A DNA stretch of 64,000 nt, from assembly GCA_028534125.1 (NCBI GenBank), contig CM052818.1:13642001-13706000 (forward strand), written 5' to 3'. The DNA is from Lama glama (Eukaryota). This document shows, piece after piece, positions 30,407 to 44,660 of this stretch (the first letter of the stretch is position 1; the number at the start of each line of letters is the position of its first letter). A program made the translations under genes and the position numbers. The notes beneath the pieces are model-generated. The model saw only the letters and a program-made list of their open reading frames with translations. It had not been told where the DNA came from and did not search any database.

Positions 30407-30900
30407 CAGTGATTCTCATACTTTTGTTTATATGAACTTTATCCATTGGCATTTATTGTATAAAAAATTAAAACTGAGAAAAATTTTAAGTATTTATTAA
30501 CTCATTTAAAAATGATAATAATTAACCCATTACATGTTAACATAATGTAACTTTTATAAAAAAAATAATTTTTCCAAAACAAAAAGAAAATTGGTGAGAA
30601 GATTGGCACTGTTTCATATTTTTTCTCAATCTCTTTAATATCTGGCTTAATAAAAGGTAGCTAGATTCTCATAGCAGCTTCTTCATTTAATCTGTTGTGA
30701 TATCACATGTCTTATAGCCTCTGGAAAATCCGACTATACTTGTAGACTGAGAGTGAAAAAGGCCGATAATGCCTTAGTGTTATTTATTATTATGAAAACA
30801 GTTTGTCTCATCCACTTCTGAGAAGGGTTTTAGACCTTCTTTTTTTCAGGGTGTTAGACCCCCTCCCCGGGATTCCCTGGACCACACTTTGAGAACTACC
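30407..30900 (-). mobile_element. hAT Charlie1-family element
   Basis: CAGTGATTCTCA ... TTTGAGAAC termini; internal TCTCTTTAATATCTGGCTTAATA is the reverse of the motif in the 25.4-kb copy. Confidence 0.65.
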
Positions 30901-31480
30901 AAGTTAGGGAATGTTTTCAGAATCACCTGGAGATTTTTAACTTATGAATCATGTATCCTGTATTGAAAGGGGAAAAGCACAGGATCACTACCTTAGAAAA
31001 CTAAGTTGTGGGAAAAAGTGAAAATAATTCAGATTGTTTCAAAAGCATTTTCTGTTAGGAGAGTCATAAAAGAGAGAATCAGTTGTTAAGGACTTACTGG
31101 CAAATCCAAGACCAAAGACAGATTCTGGAAGGTTTTGAACCCTTAATTAGGAGATATCATTCACATTTTTGCAAGTATATAAATCAAGAATCCTCTCCCC
31201 AACCCCCCAATTTTTTTTGCAACATTTGTAGAGCAGTACTTTATAATCCTGTGCTGATTCTTAAAATATCTGATTATTTGTCTTTATGGTGGTAAAAATT
31301 GGTAGAAACTAACCATTGAGCTCCCTAAAGTTTTTAATATTTGTAAAAGAAAAGGGAGAAAAGGATAGGAGAGGTTATGTATTTCGATTCTAGTACAGTG
31401 TCTAAATCCAAAAATTTGTTTGACATAGACTTGGGAGAGTAAAGGGGGATGCAAGCATAAGTTTTGTTAACATTCTCTAA

Positions 31481-31663
<183 letters not shown>

Positions 31664-32505
31664 TAGTGTTTGCAAACTATTGAGAGAAAAGACATAACCA
31701 TAATTTTAATCTTTTATGAAGCATAATAATAGATGTCTGATCAATTGTGACTTTGGCAAGCCCAGAATATGACAATTGATTTGTTTATTGTAAGAAAAAA
31801 ATGTATTCAAACTAGTATTGAGATAAATAGATAATAACAGAATCAAATTCTCAGATGTTGGTCTTAAAAAAAGTTTCAAGTGCTAATGAAACGTAATTCA
31901 TAGCCCTTACTTAGGCCAGGCACTTATCTAGTATAACTAAGACATTGCTTTAACTTGTTCTAATGTGTTTTTTTTCAGTGGGAATGAACATTTAATAATG
32001 AGACCAATGTTCTGTTTTCCCACTACAAAAATATTTAAACTTACCCCTTACTATTTTAAGGACAAAATGGACATATAGCTGTAATTGAAAGTACTCTTTC
32101 TTCTATTAACTATATTTTAGTGTTAAGTAGAAAAGAGAGTACAGTTATGTCTCTTAAAGTTTTATATTCCTAATGTTAATTTTATCTTTGTATATTTGAG
32201 TTACTGTTGAATTAAACTGTAGTAGTATATATGTTTTGTGTTTAATTTCTTAATGTCTGCTTACAGTTTTACGTTCTATCTTTGTTAGTAATTCTCAGTG
32301 TTTTCAAAACAGTTTTATTTTAGAATCAGTTTGAGCTATTGCTATTGTTAGGCAGTAGAAAAGAACTTATTTTGTGTTAAGTATATTTTAAAGTTTTTTA
32401 AAAACCCAAATTTTGTGAAGTCTGACTTTAAAGAAATAAATACGTAGTTTATTAATCAGTTCATAATCTCACTATTGATATTCTTATTTTAGTGCCATGC
32501 TTTAC

Positions 32506-32577
32506 AGAACACACATACAGCAGTCATTCATTTACAGCTGTGCTGCACTGGTTCGTTAAACAGTTATTGAATATCAG
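32506..32577 (+). repeat. 72-bp direct repeat, copy 1
   Basis: 70/72 identical to 34256-34327. Confidence 0.95.
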
Positions 32578-34255
32578 AAGATAACTTTGAAATTAACACT
32601 TCTATTTCTTCACCCTCAGTGATGTGTGGGATTCATCATAAAATCTCCCAAACTATGAGAATAATAAGACACTTAGAATTCTTAACTTTTAAAGGTTTTA
32701 TTTCTATTGTCATTAGAAATATTTCCTTGTTTACATTTGATTGATGCATGAGATGTAGAGAAGCAGCTGCTGATTTTTAACAATGAAAAGGCCCTTTTTA
32801 ATTTCTTTTTTAAATTCAATTTTTTCTTGTAGTCAGTCTTCAGTTCTTTCATTTCCCTGAGTTTCCTGAGGTCTAACAGTTTTACTATTTAAAAATGTTG
32901 TTGCATCAAAAGAATTCAGTTAGCCCACAAAAGAGGATAAATTACTTTTTTTTAATTTCCAAAATTAAGGATTCCACATGCTGAATTCTAATATATTGCA
33001 TTGGTGGTTACTTTTTAAAGGAAAGAAAAAATAATTTACCTGTATTTATTGGGCAGTTGATATTTTGATGCTCTTTTGAAATAAATGCACAGCATTCAAA
33101 CTTTTCTTTCTGGTATTATGGAACAGATTTGGTTTGAGGAACATGGATTACAGTATTAAAATACATGGTGAGACACAAAGATGTATTAACATTTTTTACT
33201 GTAGTTATAATTTCTATCCAAGCGGGAAGGATAGATTTAGCAATAATCGCTGTTTTTTTGGTATGCTACAGATTTCACATATTTTTATGCTAATGGCCTT
33301 TGAAACAGTCAGTAAAACTTGTTTTAGAATCTGACTGGATAAGTAATACAACTACTATTGAATTACTTATTTTGGCAGGTATTTTCAGGGTACTTCTCAC
33401 TTAGGAATATATTCATGTGTTAATTTTTTAGATATGATAATAGCCTTGGGGTTATTTTATTTCTAAAGTCCTTATCTTTTGAAGTCTTACATTAAATTAT
33501 TTATAGAATTACATATGGAATTTGCTTCAGAATAATTCTGGAGAATGAAATTTACCATAATAAGAAGTTAAAAAAATATGTAAGCTAATCTCTATGGGTT
33601 GACTTCAATATTTTGTATTGAACATACCACATTTTATTTCTTAAAATTGTGTCTGTTTTTAACTTTTTATTTTGGAAGGTGAATATCATACTGTTTTTAC
33701 TGTCCTGTTTGTGTTTTATGATCTGACTTGTTTATTTTTTACATACTTGATGATACTTTTATGTATCAAGGAGAGTCCATGGATACAAAGTAAAATGTAT
33801 ACCTTAAAATACAGAACTTCAGTAATTACATTAATAAAAGTAAGAAAGTAGCTACATGCAATTGAAAATAAAATAAATAAAATAAAATAATGCTTTCTTG
33901 AGGATTCCATTTAGCAATTTCTGGTTGTATTTCTTTGGCCAGAAGTTACTTACCCATAGCAGCAAAGGAAGCTGGGAAATAAAATCATTTAGCTGAATAC
34001 ATTGCTTCTCTGACAAAATTTGGGCTCTGCCAGCAGGACAAAGAATAGAGACTAGATTAGCATCTAGTAGTGTCAGCCAGAGCCCATCCCTATAACTACC
34101 TAACGTCCATATACACTTTTCTTTCCTCACCCACTCTCTCCTCAAGGGAGAGGTACTGTATCCAGCACCACGTCTAGAATATCTGGGTGTTGTGCACCCC
34201 TTTTCAGGTCCAAATAAGGCTCCTAATCACAAACAACTTCTGTTTGGGAAAAGGG

Positions 34256-34327
34256 AGAACACACGTACAGCAGTCATTCATTTACAGCTGTGCTGCACTG
34301 GTGCGTTAAACAGTTATTGAATATCAG
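34256..34327 (+). repeat. 72-bp direct repeat, copy 2
   Basis: 70/72 identical to 32506-32577. Confidence 0.95.
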
Positions 34328-36572
34328 TACCTTAGACTCCTTGTCCCTGTAGGTTCTTGATTAAACAAACCAGCTGTTCCTGGTTCTTTTCTCTAAAGAA
34401 TCTCCCTTGCCCGTTTTCTTCCAAAGCCTAGGTTCCTTCCCTTGGGATGTTATCAGCTGTGGCTACTCAGAGATAGGTGAAGGGAAATGCCTTTCTAGGT
34501 CTCTATTTTATTTTGTAGTCTATTTTCTGTTGGTGTGAGTTTTCTCACCCAGTGGTGGTCTTAGAGATCAAACAATCACAGACTGTCATTTATTCTAAAA
34601 CTTTCTTGACAGTTAAGCTTCCTCTGCTATTTAGTAGGCTTCCAAGTTACTTGCTTCTTGTGTTTTATAAAGATGTTATCTAAGCATAGTTTTTAAACTC
34701 AAAGATTTCTTTTACTTACTGTCTTTTCTCAAGCTTGGGTACCTTAAAAAGTTCTAAGCAGCATTCAGTGGAGCATGTACCTTTGTCTGTCAGGAAAGTC
34801 TTAACAGAAGTCTTTGAGAAGGGCAGTTCTTACCTCCTGAAAAGGCTGTAGTTCTCCCTAGCAGTCTGTTACACTGTGAAATATATATACCAGCTTTTTT
34901 CACTTCCACAAGTTACCAGTTGCTGGGACTGTTGGTCAGCACAGGTCAGTCTCCTTTTATCTCTGCTTGTAGACCAGCAGAATATGGCATTGGTATTTAT
35001 GAAAGCAGGATTTGTGAGACACTGAATTTGAAAGAAGGGTGAAAAGCTTTAAAAGTATATATATTGAAATAATCATTTCAGTGTATGAACTATACCTTAA
35101 GAAGTCTTTCTTGCCACTGTATTTTCATTTAGAAATAACCTAAATTCTCGTTTTTTCAATAAATTCTCATTTATTAAAAATTATACTTTTAAATGAATAA
35201 ATTTATATAAGAGGAGTACACTTAGTTGAGCAAATTATCTGAGACCCTAATTAATTGGTACAACTCGAGTTGTACACATTGACATAAAGTAAGTAAGTGC
35301 CATGTCACTGAAGAAAGTTCACTGGCTGACACCTTTATGGAATATCTTAACATTTTATATGTGGTACACTTTGCTGAATATACCAGAATACAGAACAGCA
35401 CCAGATTAAGGTAGAATCTACTCTTTCTCCTCTAACTGAAATAAAGTTTGAGTCTAGATATATTAATGTAATTCTGTGAATTATATTTCATAATACCTCT
35501 TTGAAGAAATACTGTTATGTTTCTGATGCCATGATAGAATTATCCATTGGTGTTCAAATTTTGAAATGTGGTAGAGGTTAGGGTTCTAATTTTAAGCAGT
35601 TTAGTTGCTATAGCATGGTTTATGTTGTTTCTTCATTTCATTTAATATAATTTCATGAGGAAATAGTATTTTTGGATAACACTGAATGTTAAGTTTAGGA
35701 AGAGCTAGAAAAACAAAATAATTACAAAAAGTACTTTATACTGAAACATTCTTTTTATTATTTTACAAAAGTCTCCCAATTTTAAGAAATTTATCTTCAT
35801 TCCATGCAGTTCCCTTATTTAATCTCTTTCAGTTACTTCCTTTTTCCCCCAATAATAAGCCTGTTCTCAAATCCACTGAGTTGATGTCCCAGCTTTTTCC
35901 TTTGACGTGAACCATTACTTTGTATGCAACTTTAATACTTAAAATGTTTACTTTTAAAATATAGGCAGAAAGCAGATAAATTTTGTATTTGCAAAGCTGC
36001 TTTGTAGTTCTTTATATTAAGACCCAAGAGCATGTTACTAATGCAGCAGTAAATCTATTTGGCATTAGGTCATTATGTAACACAATGTGTACCACTTACC
36101 TCTGGTGCAGAGTGGTGTACTGGAGTATTTTTTCTTATACTTTTGCTAGAATGGATTTTCTGGTTTGAAAGCTGAGATAATCTATGTTTTGGAGTCACAT
36201 GATGTCTGTGATCTTATGGTTAGTCAACTTCTGAATTCATGCCTGAGGCTGAAACCTAGACTAAGAATCTGTTAGAACCTCCAGTAAACAAGAATTGTTA
36301 ATAAATGATTCTGTTTTCCACTTGCCTGTATTGATGATATTGTAAGCTGTCCTGTGCTCTGATTTTTGTTTTTTTGTTTTCTATTGTTTTGTTTTGGAGT
36401 AGATGTTTGTTTTTACTCTAGGGCGTTTGTAGAACTTTGAAAACATAAGGAACAAAAAGTTTAAGTTCATCCATTCTTTGTTTTCTTCCTAAATGATTCT
36501 GATTTTGTTGCTTCAGCTGGTATGTTTGTGTTATATCCAAACCAGGTCTAATGGAAACACATTTCCTTTCAG

Positions 36573-36704
36573 GATATCCTTCTTATTAATGTAGTAATTG
36601 AACAAATGATCTGTGATACTGATCCTGAGCTAGGAGGTGCTGTTCAATTAATGGGACTTCTTCGTACTCTAATTGATCCAGAGAACATGCTGGCTACAAC
36701 TAAT
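36573..36704 (+). CDS. PPP4R3B: PPP4R3B coding exon 8
   Basis: ttcag|[44 protein letters not shown]|gtaaga. Confidence 0.96.
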
Positions 36705-37375
36705 GTAAGAAGTTATTCTGAGATAAAAATGTTTTGGTCTAGTCAGTTTTAGAAGATTTTATGTATGATAAATTATATATAAATATGTAAATTATATATA
36801 AATACTTAAATTTTGAAAATTTGTACAATTTTGAAAAACAGTAAATAAGTAAGCATTCGTACACTTAGTATTCAAGTAGCAATGATATTCCTCTTGCAGT
36901 TAATGCAGCAAAATACAAGATTGTAATCTGCTAATATCTTTGTAAAATATTAGCACTTCTATTTATGGCCCTTGGCCTCTGTATGTTAACATCTTAAAAA
37001 TCAAAACACAACAATGTGAATATAATTAACACTACTGAGCTGTAAACTTAAAAATGGTTAAGATGGTAAATTTTATGTGACGTTTTTTATCACAGTAAAA
37101 AAAATTAATGTTTACCAAATAATCTTAACTGCATAGTAAAAGAAATTTTAAAAAGGATTTAAGAAAGTAGTCAAATATTAATAGTGGTTGTCTCAAAATC
37201 CTGGGATAGTTCTCCTTCATAAAATTCCTTCAAATTTAGAGAATATGTGTATTATTTTTAAATCATTACAAGTTGATAGGACCAGTTGTATAAAAAATAG
37301 TGCCAAAAAATCAAAAGGCATTGTTTTCCAAATTTCCAAATAACAAATTTTTAAAATTTAAAAGATAAATCTGGT

Positions 37376-37500
37376 GGGGAGGGTATAGCTCAGTGGTAGA
37401 TTGCACACTTAGCATGTATGAGGTACTGGGTTCAATCCCCAGTACCTCCTCTAAAATAAATAAATTCCCCAATGAAAAACAAAATAAACAAAAATAAGTA
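37376..37500 (+). mobile_element. tRNA-derived SINE (camelid Vic-1-like)
   Basis: GGGGAGGGTATAGCTCAGTGGTAGA (A box)...GGGTTCAATCCCCAGTACCTCC (B box) plus A-rich tail. Confidence 0.85.
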
Positions 37501-37960
37501 AAAGGCCTAAAATCTGTCTATATTGTTCCTAGTAGCTTGACAAACTAACTTGGTGTTTTTTCCAATTTGGACATGTAATGAAATCTGGGGTTTTGCATTT
37601 TAAGCAGTTAAGTTGCTCTCACATTGATACATTCTTCAGTAAATTTCAGTTCACGATATTTTTTTAAATTATTTTGAATAAGAAAAAAAGAAATTAAAAT
37701 AAATAAATAATTTTGAATAATTTTCCCTGGACAACTTTTTATAACACTGTCTCATCTTTTTCTTACTTTAATTTTTATTTAATACGTAATATGAAATAGA
37801 TTTGATTTTTCAATTCTGCAAAAGTATGGTTATGATGACTATAAGAAATTTTTTTGGCTCTTTCACAGAATCTTAAGGTGTCTGTTATTTGTGTATGACC
37901 TGCACTGCTAATTCTTGAAAATGTTTTATTAATTATAAAGATAATCAAGTTTTTTTTTAA

Positions 37961-38128
<168 letters not shown>

Positions 38129-39349
38129 TAAGTATTATAACTAACAGGCCCTTTACTTGCTTTTTATGACAGGGAAATTACTACTGAAAAATTAAAACTG
38201 CAATATAAAAAATCATGATTTCTCTTATTTAAGAGTGTCTGTACTAGAGAATGATAGAGAAAATGTGGCAGGTAGTATTACACTTCGAGGAAGAAAGATG
38301 TAAGCACTTAGCAAAAGAAGGAGGTTGTTCCCAAAGTTGTAAGAGTTAATATTAGAGTGAGTAAGCACAGGCAGTATATTGCCTACACTAGAAAACCCAG
38401 GGGAACCATCATTTTGGACACCAATTTGGCAATACAATAAAAGCTCTCTAATTTCACAACATAAGGATCAGAATCAAAAATGTTGATTAAAGCAGGGAAT
38501 AATTTTGAAAAAAGAAACTAAATATTTTCTTTGAATGCTGACTCACTTAATGATATTTCGTAAAAGATTGGGGCTCTTTTTTTATATGTGTTTTTTATTA
38601 TATTTTCATATTATCTTTCTTGCATAAACAACACCTGTAATTCTGATTTTAGATTATTACAATTTCCAATCTCAGATTATTAAAGTGGAGTGAAAACCTA
38701 AAGATATTTTTGAAGCAATCTGAGTGTAGAATTCAGCTGTGGTTTTAAGTACTTTTCGTTAAGTACTTAAGTATTCATAGTTTTGTATATCTGATTTGGC
38801 ATCAGTTTTTGTTTTTTAATTCAGCTCTGCTACATTCACTTTAGCCTTAAATATTGCAGTTCTATGATATTTCACCAATCTGCAGTATTTAAATTATGTA
38901 GTCATGTTACCAAATATAACTAGTATAAAGAAATGACTGGCTCTCTGGTCATACAGCTCAGCTGGTGAAATGAGAAGCATGTGGGGGCATATTCTCAGAA
39001 AATGTCTATTCATCTGATAAATCAGTTAAGAGAATATTTACTAAACTAATAAAATTGTAGAGTGGGCACACCCTGAATTATACTATCAATTCGATTTCTG
39101 AGTTTGTATCCTAGGGAACACATGTATATGCATGACAGGTACAAGAATGCTGTTGCATTGTTCATTGTAGGAAGTGAATAAAATGTGGCATATTTGTATA
39201 ATGGAATATGGCAGTTAAAATAATTGAATTGTGATCTGTCAACTGATTGTTCCTCAAAAATACAAAGTCGGATGGGTAAAAAGAGCACATCACAGAATGT
39301 TTTCTTGCAGAATGGTTCTACGTATATAAATTAAAATGATTGCATTTTT

Positions 39350-39930
39350 AACTTTCATTTTAAAATAAAACATTTCCAACATCCAGAAACATTTAGATAA
39401 TAATAGCATCACATATATATATATATATACTTCTGTCGGCTTTATCAAAACTATCTTGCCATATTTTTTTCAGTTTTTTTAAAAAGAAAATAAATTATAG
39501 ATTTTATATGTATAATCTATAGTTTTTATATATATATGTATAGATTATGTTGGAGTTTCTTTCACATTCTCATTCCACCCCACCCCTATTCCTCAGAAAA
39601 TGCTGAATATGGAGTTTATCATCCCTATGTTTGTTTATATTATCCTGATGTATATAATGCAGTATTATTTGTCATGGTTTCAAACTTGATATAAATTGTG
39701 CACATTATGCTGCATTTTTCTTTTTACCCAGTGCTTTTTTTGAGATCTGTCCATATTGATACCTAGAGTTATTATTTATTTTTAACTCTTGCATAGTATT
39801 CTCTTGTATGAGTATGCTGTAATTTCGCCATCCTGCTTCTAATGTACATTTAAGTTGTTTCTAGCTTTTTGCCGTTATAAACAATGCTCTGATACACATT
39901 CTTGTGCTCTAAGATGTGGGCCTAGAAATT
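39350..39930 (-). mobile_element. Old L1 (L1ME-like) 3' fragment
   Basis: Same family motifs as the 11.0-11.5 kb fragment, e.g. TGAGATCTGTCCATATTGATAC...GCATAGTATTC...ACATTTAAGTTGTTTCTAG. Confidence 0.6.
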
Positions 39931-40333
39931 GGAACTACTAATAATGTTCTTATTTTTTAAAAAATTCAAAGCATGAGTGACTACTTATTAAAATCTGTGT
40001 TATTCTGGAGTTTAAGAAATTACTATATGCAGAGACATCCTAATTGTTGGAGAATGACCAAGAGAAGGTAAAAGAAGATGTATCAGTCTTTGTTGTGATC
40101 TCATTTCTTTATCAAAATATTTATTATATTGTCTTTTAATAATTCTTCATCTACACTCAGTTCTCTGAAAGATTGCCTATAGAGGTATAATATTTGACTA
40201 AAGCTACTAATTCTTAATGATTATTATGCAGGTAAAATGAGGTTATGATCAAAGATGTGCCTTGTATGTTATAAAGTTCGAGGAAAATGTGAGATATTAT
40301 TACTGAAGTCACTGATTTTAATTTTTTTATTAG

Positions 40334-40375
40334 ATAATATAGTTGGATCTAACAAAAACAGCACGATTTGTCCTG
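40334..40375 (+). CDS. PPP4R3B: PPP4R3B coding exon 10 (42 nt)
   Basis: attag|(D)NIVGSNKNSTICP G|gtaagt; phase 1-1. Confidence 0.92.
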
Positions 40376-41985
40376 GTAAGTATAAATTCTTACTTTGAAC
40401 TAATGCAAAGTATACTTTTTTTCCTATACAGAGTATAATGCACCTATACAAGGCTAGGGAAGACATATTTTCAACCAAAAATCCAAAAATAGATTTACTT
40501 TTTTTAAATTATACAGAAAAAATTCCACTTTATCCGATATAAAAGATGGAAAACCCAGTTGAAATTCTGTCGGTTCTTTTCCCCCCTGTAAATTCAGAGC
40601 TTGTTTTCTGGCATTTTTTTTAAAAAGACATCTAAATGTTGGGGCTTTAGTTCTTATTTTTTAAATCTAGTAAGCTAAGGCCAGTCAGGAACTAATCTTT
40701 ACAAACAGTCTTACGCTTAGGTATTGTTCATGAATCTGAGTATAAACACTGTCACTTCTACTCAAAATGTGCATATCGGGTATGGACCTGATAGTGTGGA
40801 AAGTATGCTGTGTATACCTAGCATCCTATATTTTCTACCAAGCTGATCAAAGCTTTAGAAAAGCCACTTTCAAATAAAGAATCTTAGAAATTGGATTATT
40901 AAAAGTATAATGAGTAATTTCATGGCCTAATTTGGGAAAGTGAAAGCAAGAAATTAAATTAACACTACAGATCATTGTTAGAAAATCTTTTGTAAATAAA
41001 ATCTAAGGGAGTTTGTTTTTAATAGTGAGTAGCTAGTTGAAATAACTAGCTGTGGTCTGGGCTGTTACACAAATTGGTCAGGAGCAAGGAAAATTCTTTA
41101 CTTACATTTAAAGTAGAAAAGATCTTTGAAAAACCAGAATTGTATTTTGTATATGTAATGGTCATTCTGTTATTAAAAAGAATGCTCATTTATTCCTGAC
41201 AGCATCATGTGATGTTCATTAAAATGTTTATGTCTGTAGTCCTCATGAAAACATAAAATAGTCGGACTAGATGATGTCAGTTATTTTTTCTGTTCTGTAA
41301 GGCAGTGATTCCATAATTTCTTCACAGTTTAATATTTTCTTGCCTAAATTATTTCTAGTAAGTATGGGTAATTAACCTGTATAAGCCCTTGACATACATT
41401 CAGTTTTGATATGCAGAAGCAATTTAGAATCATTCCATGAATGTATAAACCAGAGCCTCTTGAGGAAAACAAAGCTGCTGTGTTTCAGTAGGCCTTTCAT
41501 GGATATCTTGATTTAATGTTAAAAAGGTTTTTGTTAAAAAATCTTGATGTAATATTTTTCACTTGATAGTCAAATAGCCAAAAATATCCTTTCCTTAAAG
41601 TGTCTTTAAAGAAAGCGTATTAATTTTTCTTGGGAAATTTGCTTTGCACTATTTTAGGCAAAAAGTTCGAGGTATTTCCTCTTTACAGGTGGAGTGAACC
41701 CTTTTACAGAGCCATTAATATTACTAATGACAGTACATATTAAGGACACATTACCAAGAAGATCTCAATGCAATAAAAATATAGGGTTTTGTCATATTCC
41801 TATATTTTTATTGAGACTTTTTTCCTTTTACATTATTAAATATTTTAGTAAGAGCCTTAGACAGTATCTACTTAGTAGGTAAAACTGCTAATACTTCTGG
41901 AACATCTGCCTAATGAAATAGTGAAGATCTGTAGCTTCTTTAATTGATACAAAAATAAGAAAATAAAATTTTACTTTTGCTCTAA

Positions 41986-42225
<240 letters not shown>

Positions 42226-43089
42226 TAGCAATTTAAATGAACATTCTTGTAAAATGTTTTAAATGGAACAACATTTTTCATAGAGAGAAAAGCTTGTTAC
42301 ACATGTGAATTTGTTTTTCTAGCAGTGTATATGCTTTTAAAGAGATGATTGTGAAAAGTACTAATCTTTTGTTTACTTTTATTTAAAGGACAAGAAGAAT
42401 GGGTCATAGTGCTTCCACACCCACATATTGCTCACAATTAGATTCAGTTAGCTAAACTTGTGATATAATACCATGTGCAGTGACATTTCACTAATAGAAG
42501 CAGTCCTGCTGTCTTTTGCATTGGCTTCATCAAACTGTAGTCTAGTAGTGACTTTATATTTTTGAGATATGGGCCTTGAAATGTTTTGTGTAACTCAGGT
42601 TATTTATTTGAACTTATAAAATAACTTATGGATAGCCCTTCACTAGACCACTTGAACCAATAAAAATCAAACTTAAATGCTGATACTTTCTCCAGTGTTG
42701 ATTTTTGGCAAACTATAAACTTTCCTTTCCTCTTCATAATTTCATCTGCAAATAGAAATGAAGAAACCTCCCTTCTCCCTCCAAATTAAAAGAGCTTTGT
42801 GGGATTTTTCTGAGCATAAATATAATAGTTAAGATGGGGAGTGGGAGAGTCCCTGCCTCTTTAGCCTGGGTTCAATACCCAGTACCTCCATTTATATATG
42901 TGTGTATATATATAAAAATCCTAATCACCGCCCCCTGACTGCCCAAAAAAGCCATATACAGTACTGTATGTCAATTATATCTCAATAAAACTGGAAGGAA
43001 AAAATTTTTATTTACGCCATAGTTAAAATTTAAACATTTAATTTAATGTATTCAGAAAAGGTTAATCTCACTAATACCTCCTTTATTTT

Positions 43090-44660
43090 TAAGGCCTTAA
43101 AGTAGCCATCATTAACTGACTGCACTATTTCCTTTCCATTTTTTCCATACCTATACAGATTTACGTAGATATATTCACACATCTTTAAGTTTTTATGTTT
43201 TATTTTTACAAAAACAGGATCATGCTAACACACATCTTGGTACCTTATTACTCTAGCTCATTGGATATGGTGTGAACTAATATTTTTTGTAAACAAAGCT
43301 GAGTAACATTTCATAGAGTGGCTCTTCTGCAATTTATTCTACCGTTCTCCAATTCATTGATTACAAGGTTGTTTTGATATTTTGCCATTTCAAACAGCAC
43401 TGTACATAAATAGACTAGTACATAAACCTTTCATTGGTTTATTTCCATGAGATAGATTCCTAATAATAGGATTGCAAAATGTTTATGTATTTTTAATATA
43501 TCCTTTTAAATTTTAGTTTAATATACAACCTCCAGATGACTTTCCCAAAAGATTGACGCACTTGACATTCTTCCAGCATTCAAGGTTACTACTTTTTAAA
43601 ATGATACCAACCGAGCGTGGAAATGTATTCCATTTGCTTTTTTAGCTTACATTTTCCTTAACAATGTCTTTTTAAATTTTAGTGGTTTTACATTTTACCT
43701 GTTGTGAATTGCCTATTTTTCTTAGAGCTCTTATATGTTAGACATATTAACAGTTTATCACATTTAGGGGGAAAAATGTCCTGGTCTCATTTGTCTTTTG
43801 TCTTTGCTTTTATTTTTTTCCATATAATTGTTTTAAAATTCTTTATGGTGGTATTATATGTCTTTCTTTCTTCTACAGCTTTTGGGTTTTCTGTCTTGTT
43901 TAGGAGAGACTCTTATGTCCTAAGGTTATAAAAATATTCTCCTCAATTTTCTTCTAATATTTTCATTATTTTATACATTTATATTTGTAATACATCTGAA
44001 ATGTATTTTTGCATGTAGTTTGAAGTGAGAATCTAGCTTTACTTTCTTCTGGGTGGATAGCCAATTGTGCCAACATCTTATTAAATAAACTATATTTTCC
44101 TTACTGAATTAAAATAATCATTTTTGGTATGCAGTAAGTTACCATATATACTTGTGTCTTATTTCTGAACCATCTTTTCTTTATTTCACTAAATGAAATA
44201 AATAGGAATGTTTATTCTTATGCCATTATAGTATCTCTGTTGTAAAATTTAATATCTGCTCAATACCCACTCAGTTTTCTTTTTCATAATTTTCTTGGTC
44301 ATTGGATATTTGTTCTTCCACAGTAACTTAAAAATAATTTTATCCAGTTTATCCTGATTGGATTTACACTAAATTTTTATATCAATTTTGGAACAATTGA
44401 GGTTCTAGTACTAGGTTTTTCTATCTGACTTTCTATATAAAAAGTCCTTTTTGAAATGACTGCAGAGTAGTTCTAGTTATATGAATATATCATAATTGAA
44501 CAGATCTCCAGTATTTAAATGTTTTTATTTCTTCAAGACTTCCATTATTATAAACAGTGCTGTTTTAACTGTAGCTTTGTGTGCATGTCACTTCATTCAC
44601 CAGCAGTATATGAAAGCGCCCCTGTTTGCTCAGATCTTTGCCAGTACTTCAGTCGTTTTA
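43090..44660 (-). mobile_element. Degenerate antisense L1M fragments
   Basis: T-rich sequence with motifs such as GATAGCCAATTGTGCCAACATCTTATTAAATAA and CATCTGAAATGTATTTTTG. Boundaries approximate. Confidence 0.55.

Noticed and set aside
36768..36805. AT-rich tandem and palindromic stretches (also near 4821, 39411 and 55980)
   Set aside because: Low-complexity sequence expected by chance in AT-rich introns and UTRs.
37376..37450. Possible tRNA gene (also at 47733 and 19483)
   Set aside because: A and B boxes are present but there is no clean cloverleaf. A-rich tails, TSDs and several diverged copies indicate SINEs.
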